64,000 nt of DNA from Guillardia theta CCMP2712 (lineage: Eukaryota > Protista > Cryptophyta): assembly GCF_000315625.1 (NCBI RefSeq), contig NW_005434650.1, positions 162,158 to 226,157 of the forward strand, given 5' to 3'. The translations under genes were made by a program, and so were the position numbers. The first letter of the stretch is position 1; the number at the start of each line of letters is the position of its first letter. The notes under the pieces are model-generated. The model was not told the DNA's origin. It worked only from the letters and a program-made list of their open reading frames with translations, and made no database searches. Of this stretch, positions 50,129 through 60,322 are shown piece after piece.

Positions 50129-52976
50129 ACGTAAACACGGATTTACTGGCAAATGGATTGACTGGCAGAAGGGAAAAAGTGCCTCAAGCAAAACTGGCAA
50201 AGCAGGATCAAGCTAAACCTCCTGGCACACAGCGCACAGCGAGAAGCTGCACAATCACACACAAAACACAAGCCCGAAAAGAACCAGCACTGCTGGCACC
50301 CAGACCCGGCACCGCCAGCCCCAGCAAGCGCGAAGCCGCGCAGACAAGCAGCCTAAGGGTCAAGCAATCAAGCAACAAGCAGCAGGAGCATGCAGGAGGA
50401 ATAAAATCCCTTACACGCGATACCCGGAGGCAGCCGACTGACCACTGTCAGTCGAGACGTCCGCTGCCGCCACAAAGCGGGCGGGCCGCGGACGGAGAAA
50501 GGGCAGCCGCCGACAAGGAGCCGGCGTTGCCCGGGGGTCCGCCTCAGGGGGCAGCGGACGGAGGGAGGCTGGACACTGGCAGAAGGTAAAAAGTGCCTCA
50601 AGCAAAACAAAGCAGGATCAAGCTAAAACTCCTGGCACACAGCGCACAGCGAGGAGCTGCACAATCACACACAAAACACAAGCCCGAAAAGAACCAGCAC
50701 TGCTGGCAACCAGACCCGGCAGCGCCAGCCCAAGCGCGAAGCCGCGCAGACAAGCAGTAGTAGTGGATTTACTGGCAGAAGGTAAAAAGCGCCTCAAGCA
50801 GACAAGCAGCCTAAGGGTCAGGCAATCAAGCAACAAGCAGCAGGAGCATGCAGGAGGAAGAAAATCCCTTACACGCGATACCCGGAGGCAGCCGACTGAC
50901 CACTGTCAGTCGAGACGTCCGCTGCCGCCACAAAGCGGGCGGCCGCGGACGAAGAAAGGGGGGTATAGGATTTACTGGCAGAAGGTAAAAAGTGCCTCAA
51001 GCAAAACAAAGCAGGATCAAGCTAAACCTCCTGGCACACAGCGCACAAGCAAACATTGCACGTGCCTGTCCCATCCTAGCATCTCTGTTTTGCTTGAGGC
51101 ACTTTTTACCTTCTGCCAGTAAATCCTATGCCTCACGCGGGCTCCGGGTGATCCGCCCCCCAATTCACCCACGTGATCGCTTCACTGATGACGGCGGAGA
51201 CTTTTCCTTGCTCTGTTTCCAGCCTGTGGCGTTCCGCCTCGCATCATCACCCAAGTCCACCAGTCGCATAGGATTTACCACCAAGCTTCCGCCCGGTGAG
51301 CAATGGCGACCGCCAACTTGAAGTCGGCGCAGGATCGGCATTGGTAAAGATGGGCCCTCGGCCTCGCCCGCACAGTCCAGACACACTCCCCCCACTCGGG
51401 CTACAGCCAGGCGCGACCCTGGCCGGGAGGGAAAAAGTGCCTCGACCGGACCCCCGTGCAACGTCACGGGCGGCTCCCGCTGACTCGGCTACCGCTGACT
51501 CGGAGGCTAGCGAGGAGGACTACCTCGAGCGGTACCGTGTTCCGATGGAGATAGGATTTACTGGCAGAAGGTAAAAAGTGCCTCAAGCAAAACAAAGCAG
51601 GAACAAGCTGAACCTCCTGGCACACAGTCCACAGCGAGAAGCTGCACAATCACACACAAAACACAAGCCCGAAAAGAACCAGCACTGCTGGCACCCAGAC
51701 GCGGCATCGCCAGCTGTTCCTGTGTCCAGCCTCCCTCCGTCCGCTGCCCCAGGCGGACCCCCGGGCAACGCCGGCTCCTTGTCGGCGGCTGCCCTTTCTC
51801 CGTCCGCGGCCGCCCGCTTTGTGGCGGCAGCGGACGTCTCGACTGACAGTGGTCAGTCGGCTGCCTCCGGGTATCGAGAAGCTGCACAAAACACACACAA
51901 AACATAAGCCGGCGTTGCCCGGGGGCGGCCGCGGACGGAGAAAGCTGCCCTTTCTCCGTCCGCGGCCGGCGGACGGAGAACGGCCGGCGGACGGCCACAA
52001 AGCTGGCGGCCGCGGACGGGCAGCCGCCGGCCGCCGACAAGGAGCCGGCGTTGCCCGGGGGTCCGCCTGGGGCAGCGGACGGAGGGAGGCTGGACACAGG
52101 AACACGGTACCGCGGCTCGAGGTAGTCCTCCTCGCTAACCTCCAAGGGACCTGGGCTGTCACGGTGCGGCATCGGAGGCAGGCGAGCTCGGACCAGCAGC
52201 ATTGGTCAGTCGGATGCCTCTGGGTATCGCGTCTAAGGGACGGTACTAGTGACTCTGCATCCTTCCTGGCCATTATCCTGACACCCTCCGCTTCATCTGG
52301 TATGATTTACTGGCAGAAGGTAAAAAGTGCCTCAAGCAAAACAAAGCAGGAACAAGCTGAACCGGCTTGCTCGAGGTTTCAGGTTGAGGCGTTTTTTACC
52401 TTGCCAGTGCGCGGCGAGTAAAACTGTGCCTGGAGCCTCATGCGCCTCGCACCAGACAGGAATGCCTCCAGCGAGCTGCATAGTAAGGCGCTGGTAGGTG
52501 GCCGCCGCCGAGACCGAAAGTGCGCTGTGTGCCAGGAGGTTTAGCTTGTTCCTGCTTTGTTTTGCTTGAGGCACTTTTTACCTTCTGCCAGTAAATCCGC
52601 AACATGAAAGTAACCAGGCTGCGCTCCATGTAACCGAAACTTGAAGTAATCTGCGGCTCAGTAACCATGAAGACTGCTATCTTCATGGCACCCGTCGGGG
52701 GGGGGGAGGGTATACTGCTGTGCGAGACTACGGCTCTTTTACTCGTAGGATGCCAGTGCCGGGCTGCGACTGACCGTCGGACGGTGCAGTGCCACCGGGT
52801 CGCCGGGCCGGGGCCGGGGGATCAACCGTTACGTTCAGTTATAGCACTGAGATCCTGCCGTAGTGAAATACAGATGCGAAAACTTTGAAATCTTCGAAAA
52901 GGGGCGGGGCCGGCCGCCTGGGCCCCATTACTTCTCCCGAAATTTCAAATATTTCTCTAAGAATTTCAAATGTTGA

Positions 52977-55900
52977 TTGACGATCAAGGATACCCGTAGT
53001 CACCTGGAGGTCACCGTTAATTCGCCATGGAGGGCGAGGAGGAGGGAGGAGAGGAGGAGGGAAGGAAGGACGAGCGACTCGCTGCTACTCGTTGACCTCC
53101 TGGACACGATGAAACGCGAAGACCCTGAAAGCGACCTGACGAACATCCTGCAGAGCTCCCTGCTGACGTATCAGTCTCCTCCTTCCTCTCCAAGAGAGAA
53201 GGAAGGGGACTTCGCCGGAAAGATCAGACAGGTGGCTTCTCGCTTCCTGGATTTCACAGGGTTGCCGCTTATGTTTGCACATGAAGTGGAACATGCTGGA
53301 AGGAATGCAAACAAATCCGTAGAGGTCGCAACCCCTCCTTTGCATCTTGAAAGCTCGGAACAGAGACACAAAGAGCGACAAACCTCTGAGGCAGAGATCA
53401 AGTTGAGGAACAGCTTGTTGCTATGCATCGTCAGGTTGTACTTCCGAAGATGGGAAGAGTTCTGTGAAAATGGGGGCGACGACGTGGAGGCTTCAGGGCA
53501 GCAACAGGGGAAGAGAAGCATGTATGCCAAGGCGAGGAGGATCCAAGACGCTCGTCCTGCTGCGCTTCAAGAAGAAGTGCTGGAGGGATGTAAGTCGATC
53601 AAGACCTTGCACCAGGAGCTCGCAACGTGCAGGCATGCAGCTGAAGACCTCGCGCATGATGATAGCGCGGATGCTGCATCTAGATCGCCCTTGAGTGCGT
53701 GCGAGCGTGAACCCGATCAGTTTTCTCCTCCAAGTTTGAAAGTTCACGAGGACATGGAAAGGCAGGATGTCAGTGCAGGGACGGCAGTGCCTCTGATCGA
53801 TTACGCTTGTCTCCTGGCTCCCAACAGAGAGAAACTCGCGCTCAGAGCTCCTGGTGCGTCTGCGTCGCCGTTGCTGGATGCCGGAGACAACAGCATAGAG
53901 AGCCCTCCTTGCATGATCGACTATGCTTCGCTCATCTCCTGCAAGTTTGAGACCTCCGTGCCTTCCTCTTCCTTGCTACCAGCGAGCCCGGGGGATCTAG
54001 AGGATGAGAATGATGCAGAGCTTCCTTCCATCGACTACCATTCGCTGATCCACAGCAAGATGCAGAACCTTCAAGACCTGGATGACATGGAGAGACATGG
54101 CATGGAAGACATGGAGAGACATGGCATGGAAGACATGGAGAGACATGGCATGGAAGACATGGAGAGACATGGCATGGAAGACATGGAGAGACATGGCATG
54201 GAAGACATGGAGAGACATGGCATGGAAGACATGGAGAGACATGGCATGGAAGACATGGAGAGACATGGCATGGAAGACATGGAGAGACATGGCATGGAAG
54301 ACATGGAGAGACATGGCATGGAGGGCATGGCGAGACATGGCATGGAGGGCATGGCGAGACATGGCATGGAAGACATGGCGAGACATGGCATGGAAGACAT
54401 GGAGAGACATGGCATGGAAGACATGGAGAGACATGGCATGGAGGACATGGAGAGACATGGCATGGAGGGCATGGCGAGACATGGCATGGAAGACATGGAG
54501 AGACATGGCATGGAAGACATGGCGAGACATGGCATGGAAGACATGGAGAGACATGGCATGGAGGGCATGGCGAGACATGGCATGGAAGACATGGAGAGAC
54601 ATGGCATGGCAGCCAACCCCCCTAATGACATGTTTCACTATGATGCAATTGATCTTGAATTGATTGGCGCTCGAGACATGGTTTCGTCTCATCACATCGC
54701 TTATGCGGATGGCGACGAATCCTTGGAGTGCGGGGTCAGTCTGACCGAGATGCAGAGGAGCGTGACGTTGCTGAACAGAAGGGCTTTGTGCTCGTCTTTC
54801 TGTGCATGGGTTGAATCTCAGAAGAGAGATAAGGCCCTCAGCAAGATGGTTAGTGACGGCAGGTGCAAGCTTGACAGAGACAACCAGAGGCTTTCTTTCT
54901 TGTGCCTAAAACGCGAACACGATCGACGAAAGGATCTCGAGGCGACTGTTTCTACTCTCACTTCAGAACGAGCTAGGTCGTTGGCAACAGGCTGCCTGCA
55001 GGCTTGGAGCATGTTGTCTATCGTGACTCGATGTGTAGCTCATCTCCGGCAAGACAAAGACTTGCAGCTCTTGCAGCTCGCGGTCGACTTGTGGTGGCGG
55101 GTGACCAAGAGGGCGTCAAGAAACGCTCAGCGGGTGAATGAGCGCCAGGAGAAGTTTCTGCTGCATGTCTTCCTTCAATGGAATTCAGCCGCTTTGCGTA
55201 TCGCCAGCCTGCAGCGTCGCCTGAGACTCGCGACCAACAGAAGACTTCGCGCGAGCTGTCGCAAGTCGTTGGAGTGTTTCAGCAGGAACTCTTTCCTTGA
55301 GCAGAGGAAGGGCAAGTGCTTGGAGGTCGCCCGGCTTCAGTCTCTTTCTCGGTTCTTGTCGGCATGGTCGCTGGTGCATCAGCTCTCTCTCGAGTGTCTG
55401 GTAATGCAAGTCAAGGCGGCGACGACGCAGCACCAGCAAGACGCTGAGGTTCTCCAGCTTCTCAGAAGATGCCACGGAGATGTTGAAGTCGCCATCCGCC
55501 GCAAACAAGCTGAAGACGTTGAGAGGATCAGCAAGGCCGTTGGAGTGAGCGAAGCCATGGCAGCAAGCTTGCTGCAGCACGCGATGGGAGATGCCGGAGA
55601 AGCGATCTTGATCGCTCACGAGGCCGAGAAGACCGAGTTGGCTTGTTCTCACTTCGCCAAGCGGAGCAAATTCAAAGTGATACACGCGCTTAAAATGGTG
55701 CGAGAGAGAGAATGCGATTTGTCCTTGAAGCAAGCTGCGCTCCAAGACCAACACACCTTCTACCAGATGTTCACGGCCATGAGCTGCTGGCGGAAACTTC
55801 GAAGCGTCAACCTTCACTCATTGAAGAATGAGCTTGAACTCAATGAGCAATCCCTGTTCATTGATATGGCTGTACATTTCTGGGAATGGAGAATGCAGTG

Positions 55901-57836
55901 CAAGTGGAAGCTGAGAATGAAGAGTTGGATGCTAGAGCTTGAAGAGAGCCGATACTTCAAATCCCTGTCTCAACATCTTTCTCGCTGGACGCACTACAAG
56001 CAGCACAAGAGATGGTTGAAGGATGCGGTTGACATCTCAGTCAGAACTAGAGACTCTGCCTTGCTGCGGACATGGCTTGTGCATAGGTGGAAGCGGCATG
56101 TTGACGTGAAGCTCTACCAAAGCGTCGCTTTCCCAACGATTGAGAGGAGGATAGCGGACAATCAGAGTAGAGGCTTGAAGGCTGCAGCCATTGCTGCCTG
56201 GAGTTGGCTCGTGTGCTGGAGGAAGACGCGAGAGTTCTGCTCGCAAGTGACGGAAGAGATGAAGATGTTTGCTTCGCTGTTTCTGACCAAGTGCGAGGGA
56301 GACGTGAAGAAGGCGGTAGCTTACGCCAACAAGGTCGATGAGGAGAAGAAGATGAGCAGTCTCAGTGAGAGAGCTGGTGGCAACCTCGCCTCTGACCTGT
56401 GCTTGGAAGCCGTGCAAGCCAGTCATGGTGACGTCGATCAGGCAGCTCAGTTTGTGTGGTTGCAGGAAGCCTGGCAGCGAGCAAGAGTGTTGGCGGCGTT
56501 GACAACAAGCAGCAGGGCGCTTGATCTGTGGAGAGACTTGTGCTATCAGCAGCGAGCCTCCCGTGTCTTCGTGTGGCATCGCAAGCTCAGCATGGAGCGC
56601 CGATGTCTTGCGGGTTGGCGGGAGAGGTGGAGGGTCAAGGCTGGGAGGAGCCAGCAGCTGAGGAGGTTGGTCTGGCGGCGGGAGGTGAGTAGCTGCTGGC
56701 GCGGCTGGATGGCGACGGTGCGATGCCGGCAGGGCGAGCTGAGAGTGTACGAGCTGGCGATGGACATGTGGAGCCGAAAAGTCTCGCCCGGCATGCTAGT
56801 GAGGGCACCTGACGCCCCCAGTCAGGTGGCTGCTCGGGTCTGCCAGCTCCGTGTGCTGCTTCGCGTGTCGCGTCTCGTTCGCCGGTGGAGTGACCTTGCC
56901 AAGTCGGTAGGATGGGAGAAGAAGCGTGCTCGAGGCGTGCTGTCGGTGCTGCTCACCATGAAGCTCTCGGCCGCCCTGTCCAAGTGGATCTCGACTGTGC
57001 GCAGGCGTCAGCTTGCCGTTCATAACGGCATCGCCGTCGCCACCATGCGCGTACGTCGTCTCGCCGCCAGTCACTTGAGAGCTTGGGCTCGCCTCTCGTC
57101 CGTCGCTTGTCTTAGAGCCAAGCAGCAGCATGCCGTCTCTCTGCGAGCTCTGTCGGCCTTGGCTGATCGCGCTCGCGTCCGAAGAGCGTTGCGCGAGCAC
57201 GCAAGCTCAGTAGCTGCGAGCCATCGCAGACGTGTGCTTGCTCGCTGCTTGATGGGATGGGATGAGGAGAAGGTGAGGCTGATGCTGCAGAAGCAGCAGC
57301 GCAAGGCGGCAGATCTTCTCGGTACTGAGTTGAGTGACTCGCGCGGGTTAGAGCTGCTGCGATCGACGCTGGACGCATGGCGAGACACGCTTGAGGAGCA
57401 GCGAGAGACAGTGTTGGAGCTCGTGCGGGCGAGCAGGAGGAGGCGGGTCAAGTCGGCGCTAGAAGGATTCAAGGCCTGCCTGTTCTTGGAGAGAAGAGGA
57501 TTCAACTTGACGCTCTTCGTGGTGACATGGAGAGCTGAGGCTGAGAGGAGGAAGCGAATCCGGATGAGGATAGAGGAGATGGGGCGATGTCAGAGGCTGG
57601 CTCTGTTGGAAACCTTCACTAGCGAATGGCTCCGTGTCTCCGCTGCTCTCCGTATCCTCATGGCAAGCAGCAAGCGAAGCAGGCTTCTCGTGTGCTTCGG
57701 AGGGTTGAAGGAAAGGACGAGATGGCGGAGAAAGCTCAAGGGAGACGCGCACACGCGAGCAGTTGAGCTTGGAGAAGAAGCCTTTGCGCAATGGAAGAAG
57801 CAACGAGACGAAGAGAAGAGGGAGGATGAAGAATAG
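52977..57836 (+). CDS. Large Sfi1-repeat-like protein with UBA-like modules and an 8-aa tandem repeat (first ATG 53109; a short 3' exon near 57923 is possible)
   Basis: 1619-codon uninterrupted ORF. Periodic R/K-rich helices with recurring Trp (FCAW, LQAW, FLQW, LSAW, LSRW, LAGW, LSKW, LRAW, LDAW, FAQW). Confidence 0.7.
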   Translation: MTIKDTRSHLEVTVNSPWRARRREERRREGRTSDSLLLVDLLDTMKREDPESDLTNILQSSLLTYQSPPSSPREKEGDFAGKIRQVASRFLDFTGLPLMFAHEVEHAGRNANKSVEVATPPLHLESSEQRHKERQTSEAEIKLRNSLLLCIVRLYFRRWEEFCENGGDDVEASGQQQGKRSMYAKARRIQDARPAALQEEVLEGCKSIKTLHQELATCRHAAEDLAHDDSADAASRSPLSACEREPDQFSPPSLKVHEDMERQDVSAGTAVPLIDYACLLAPNREKLALRAPGASASPLLDAGDNSIESPPCMIDYASLISCKFETSVPSSSLLPASPGDLEDENDAELPSIDYHSLIHSKMQNLQDLDDMERHGMEDMERHGMEDMERHGMEDMERHGMEDMERHGMEDMERHGMEDMERHGMEDMERHGMEDMERHGMEDMERHGMEGMARHGMEGMARHGMEDMARHGMEDMERHGMEDMERHGMEDMERHGMEGMARHGMEDMERHGMEDMARHGMEDMERHGMEGMARHGMEDMERHGMAANPPNDMFHYDAIDLELIGARDMVSSHHIAYADGDESLECGVSLTEMQRSVTLLNRRALCSSFCAWVESQKRDKALSKMVSDGRCKLDRDNQRLSFLCLKREHDRRKDLEATVSTLTSERARSLATGCLQAWSMLSIVTRCVAHLRQDKDLQLLQLAVDLWWRVTKRASRNAQRVNERQEKFLLHVFLQWNSAALRIASLQRRLRLATNRRLRASCRKSLECFSRNSFLEQRKGKCLEVARLQSLSRFLSAWSLVHQLSLECLVMQVKAATTQHQQDAEVLQLLRRCHGDVEVAIRRKQAEDVERISKAVGVSEAMAASLLQHAMGDAGEAILIAHEAEKTELACSHFAKRSKFKVIHALKMVRERECDLSLKQAALQDQHTFYQMFTAMSCWRKLRSVNLHSLKNELELNEQSLFIDMAVHFWEWRMQCKWKLRMKSWMLELEESRYFKSLSQHLSRWTHYKQHKRWLKDAVDISVRTRDSALLRTWLVHRWKRHVDVKLYQSVAFPTIERRIADNQSRGLKAAAIAAWSWLVCWRKTREFCSQVTEEMKMFASLFLTKCEGDVKKAVAYANKVDEEKKMSSLSERAGGNLASDLCLEAVQASHGDVDQAAQFVWLQEAWQRARVLAALTTSSRALDLWRDLCYQQRASRVFVWHRKLSMERRCLAGWRERWRVKAGRSQQLRRLVWRREVSSCWRGWMATVRCRQGELRVYELAMDMWSRKVSPGMLVRAPDAPSQVAARVCQLRVLLRVSRLVRRWSDLAKSVGWEKKRARGVLSVLLTMKLSAALSKWISTVRRRQLAVHNGIAVATMRVRRLAASHLRAWARLSSVACLRAKQQHAVSLRALSALADRARVRRALREHASSVAASHRRRVLARCLMGWDEEKVRLMLQKQQRKAADLLGTELSDSRGLELLRSTLDAWRDTLEEQRETVLELVRASRRRRVKSALEGFKACLFLERRGFNLTLFVVTWRAEAERRKRIRMRIEEMGRCQRLALLETFTSEWLRVSAALRILMASSKRSRLLVCFGGLKERTRWRRKLKGDAHTRAVELGEEAFAQWKKQRDEEKREDEE
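54083..54610 (+). repeat. 24-bp coding minisatellite, ~22 copies, encoding (GMEDMERH)n
   Basis: Unit GGCATGGAAGACATGGAGAGACAT with GAC/GGC and GAG/GCG variants. Confidence 0.97.
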
Positions 57837-58079
57837 GATTGGGAGGAGCGATGGAGAAAGTGGAGGAGGATGTGAACATTCTTGAAATAATAACTTGCTT
57901 CGCCTCTATCTCGCTTTGTCAGACGTCCGCAAAGGGGGAGCGCAGGGTGAGAATGCCAGCGCGGTAGAGCTGAGCCAAGACGAAGAGGAGGACGCACTGG
58001 AGGTACGTGAGCCCACCTGTGAGCTGCAGAGAGTGAGTGCAAGTTATCAGACAGGAGGCATACCAGCGAGAGGAGTACG

Positions 58080-59520
58080 GCTGCCAGCATGCTGCTGAGG
58101 ACGAGTTGGAGGAAGAGGAGCGAGCTTGCGTGCAGGAGGAGGAAGTAGAGGAGGAACCCAGCAAGGAGAGCAAACTTGAAGCGCTTGCGGAGGAAGGCGG
58201 CGAAGAGATCCGAGTAGATAAAGACTTGGAGCAAACCGGTCAGATGCGAAACCTCAGACAGGCCGTGAAGCTTCTCGCCCTTTCTAATAGCCTTGTACAG
58301 CCATGAAATGGCATAAACTAGATCAGTCAATCAGTTCCTCCTCCTCCTCCTCCTCCTCCTCCTCCTCCTTCCCAAGGCTTGCGCCTCTCTCTTTTGTTCA
58401 CCGCCCTCCTCCACCTGCTCTGAAGGTTCCCCTAGAAACAAGGTGCAGCTCAAGCGCGAGGCTGTCCGCGGTCTCCACATCCCTGCTGCTCCTAACTCGC
58501 TTGCAAGTGAGAGAAGAGCGAACCTTGGCAGAGGAGCATGCTGCATCCAGAGCTGCGGGACAATCGCGAAGGCTTCGATGAAGAAGGAGGCGCGAGACAA
58601 GACGGGAGGAACATCCTGAAGGAGTTGAGAAGACGAGATGACGAGAAACATCGCTGACCTCCCACGGACTTTCAGAGATCTTTGTCTGCGTAGCGAAGTG
58701 GAAAACAACTGAGTGACTGTCATATTTGAGGCAACCGCCACCTCCCGCTACTTGATGCCATCACACAGGGCACCAGGACTTGCATCCAGTGCATGGAGTC
58801 TCGCCGATCTCTTCAGCCTCTGTCAGCCTGAGGAGGCGAGCAGTCGCATCACCTGTGGATTGGGGAGAAGAAACATTTGATGACAGCGCAGGCAGATCCC
58901 AGAAGCGGAAGAGCCTTGAGCAGGAAGACGTAGACGCCGTTGGACTTCCTGCATCCACCTTTCAGCTCCGGGGGCTTTACAGCACAAAGTTGACCTGTAC
59001 ATCGATACCAACGTGTTCAGCGACAGCTTGCGTTGCACCCAGAAAAACTTGACGGCCTGAGGTGACGTGTCAGCCTGTAGAGCATGGACCAGACAAGAAG
59101 TGGAGCGACATGGTACCTCAACGAGATCGCTTGTGTCGAGCAGGATGATGAAGTATCTGCCAAGACATTCGATTCTGCTGCACATTATCGAACGATCTCA
59201 CCTCAACAAAAGAGCGACAAAAAACAACATCTGAGAGTTCGTCGACACACCTTGATGCATGTCATCATCCTATCATCCTCTCTCTTCAGCAGTTACCGAG
59301 TTTGAGAGGACGAGGGTTCCCAAGCGCAATGAAGAGCATAGGATAGCTCCATAAGTGCAGCATCTGCTTGCCATCAACCACCACACAAGGCAACACGAGT
59401 ACTCGCTCACATCTCCCGTCAGTCTGACGTTTCGGATCGTCGACATCATCCTTAGATATCAACCTTGCAAATTCCAACGGATGTGCATAAACGTCCTGCT
59501 GCCAGTATGTTCACCTTGAC
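58080..59520 (-). CDS. Divergent ERD2/KDEL-receptor-like membrane protein
   Basis: ASFFIEAFAIVPQLWM and LTGLLQVFIYSDLF resemble the ERD2 motifs S.YLE.VAILPQL and G.VQT.LY.DF. Multiple short exons. Confidence 0.55.
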
Positions 59521-59699
59521 AAACGAATGCCCCTCTCCCCACCCTTTCTTACTGGCTCTTGCTGTTTCAGTGTTCCTGTTGCTGTCTATACAACTTCCTA
59601 TCTATCCATCGGTCTCTGCATGTCTCCTCTTTCCTCTTTCCTTTTTCCTGTCTTGAGATCCCTTCTTTCCCTCGCTTGTTCTCTAGTTCTCTGCCACCT

Positions 59700-60055
59700 T
59701 CTGTTTCTCCTTTCTCCTTCTTCTTCTTCCTTCTCCGCTGTTTCTCTTTCTTCTCTTCTTCTCTTCTTCTCTCTTCTCTTCTCTTCTCTTCTTTTTCTCT
59801 TTTTCTCTTCTTCTCTTCTCTTCCCTTCTTCTCCTCTTCTTCTCTTCTTCTCCTCTTCTTCTCTTCTTTTTCTCTTCTTCTCTTCTTCTTCTTCTCTTCT
59901 CTTCTCTTCTCTTCTCTTCTCTTCTTCTTCTCTTCTCTTCTTCTTCTCTTCTTCTCTTCTTCTCTTCTTCTTCTCTTCTCTTCTCTTTCTCTTCTCTTCT
60001 TCTTCTTCTCTTCATCTTCTTCTCTTCTCTTCTCTTCTCTTCTCTTCTCTTCCTT
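59700..60055. repeat. ~350-bp polypyrimidine (TTCTC/TTC)n tract
   Basis: Almost purely C/T. Confidence 0.95.
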
Positions 60056-60322
60056 TCGTTCCTTTGATCCTGCCATTGATCCTGCAGCCTCCACATGGCG
60101 AAAGCGATGGGGCGGGCTCAGATCCTTTCTACAGCTTTTATTGACTGAACCTTTCAGTTACTTGGACGGGCGCTGGGGCAGGCCCGGGCCGGATGGGAAG
60201 GAGGGGGATGATAGTTCACGTGCGTCCCAGTTCCACCAGGGGTTGAGTACCCCTCCTCTTACCCTTTAAATCACCCCTCCTCCCTCCTCCAGTCACATCT
60301 ACTCCCCAGGTATTGTAGCGCC

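Larger units (their letters stand above)
45940..52600. mobile_element. Nested cluster of one CRE-like (RT + RLE) non-LTR retrotransposon family
   Basis: Shared 3' end TTTTGCTTGAGGCACTTTTTACCTTCTGCCAGTAAATCC ends on + at 46319, 46749, 48759, 49960, 51126 and 52598. It starts on - at 46871, 47032, 49019, 50155, 50575, 50765, 50968, 51554 and 52304. 5' extents vary, and RT and RLE peptide fragments lie between the copies. Confidence 0.85.

Noticed and set aside
51554-51877. Twin-priming inversion
   Set aside because: Better explained as an antisense insertion into a + copy, because TGTTCC is duplicated on both sides.
46250-52600. CRISPR-like array (conserved ~36-bp repeat with variable intervening DNA)
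   Set aside because: The repeats occur in both orientations, are unevenly spaced and extend to variable lengths into one consensus. The intervening DNA is the same element and no cas-like gene is present.
46000-52600. Recurrent short ORFs such as MPQAKQSR... and MLLDCLTL...
   Set aside because: Translations of the repeated 3' UTR, mostly from non-ATG starts; not genes.
46250-52600. MITE/DNA transposon with terminal inverted repeats, or a Fanzor/TnpB locus
   Set aside because: Only one end is conserved, RT and RLE peptides are present, and no transposase or RuvC motifs were seen.
53997-54695. Alternative-frame ORFs (WKTWRDMA)n, (HAMSLHVF)n, (MPCLSMSS)n
   Set aside because: By-products of the 24-bp repeat inside the long + ORF.
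59527-60269. ORFs rich in F/S/L or E/K/R
   Set aside because: Artefacts of the CT microsatellite.
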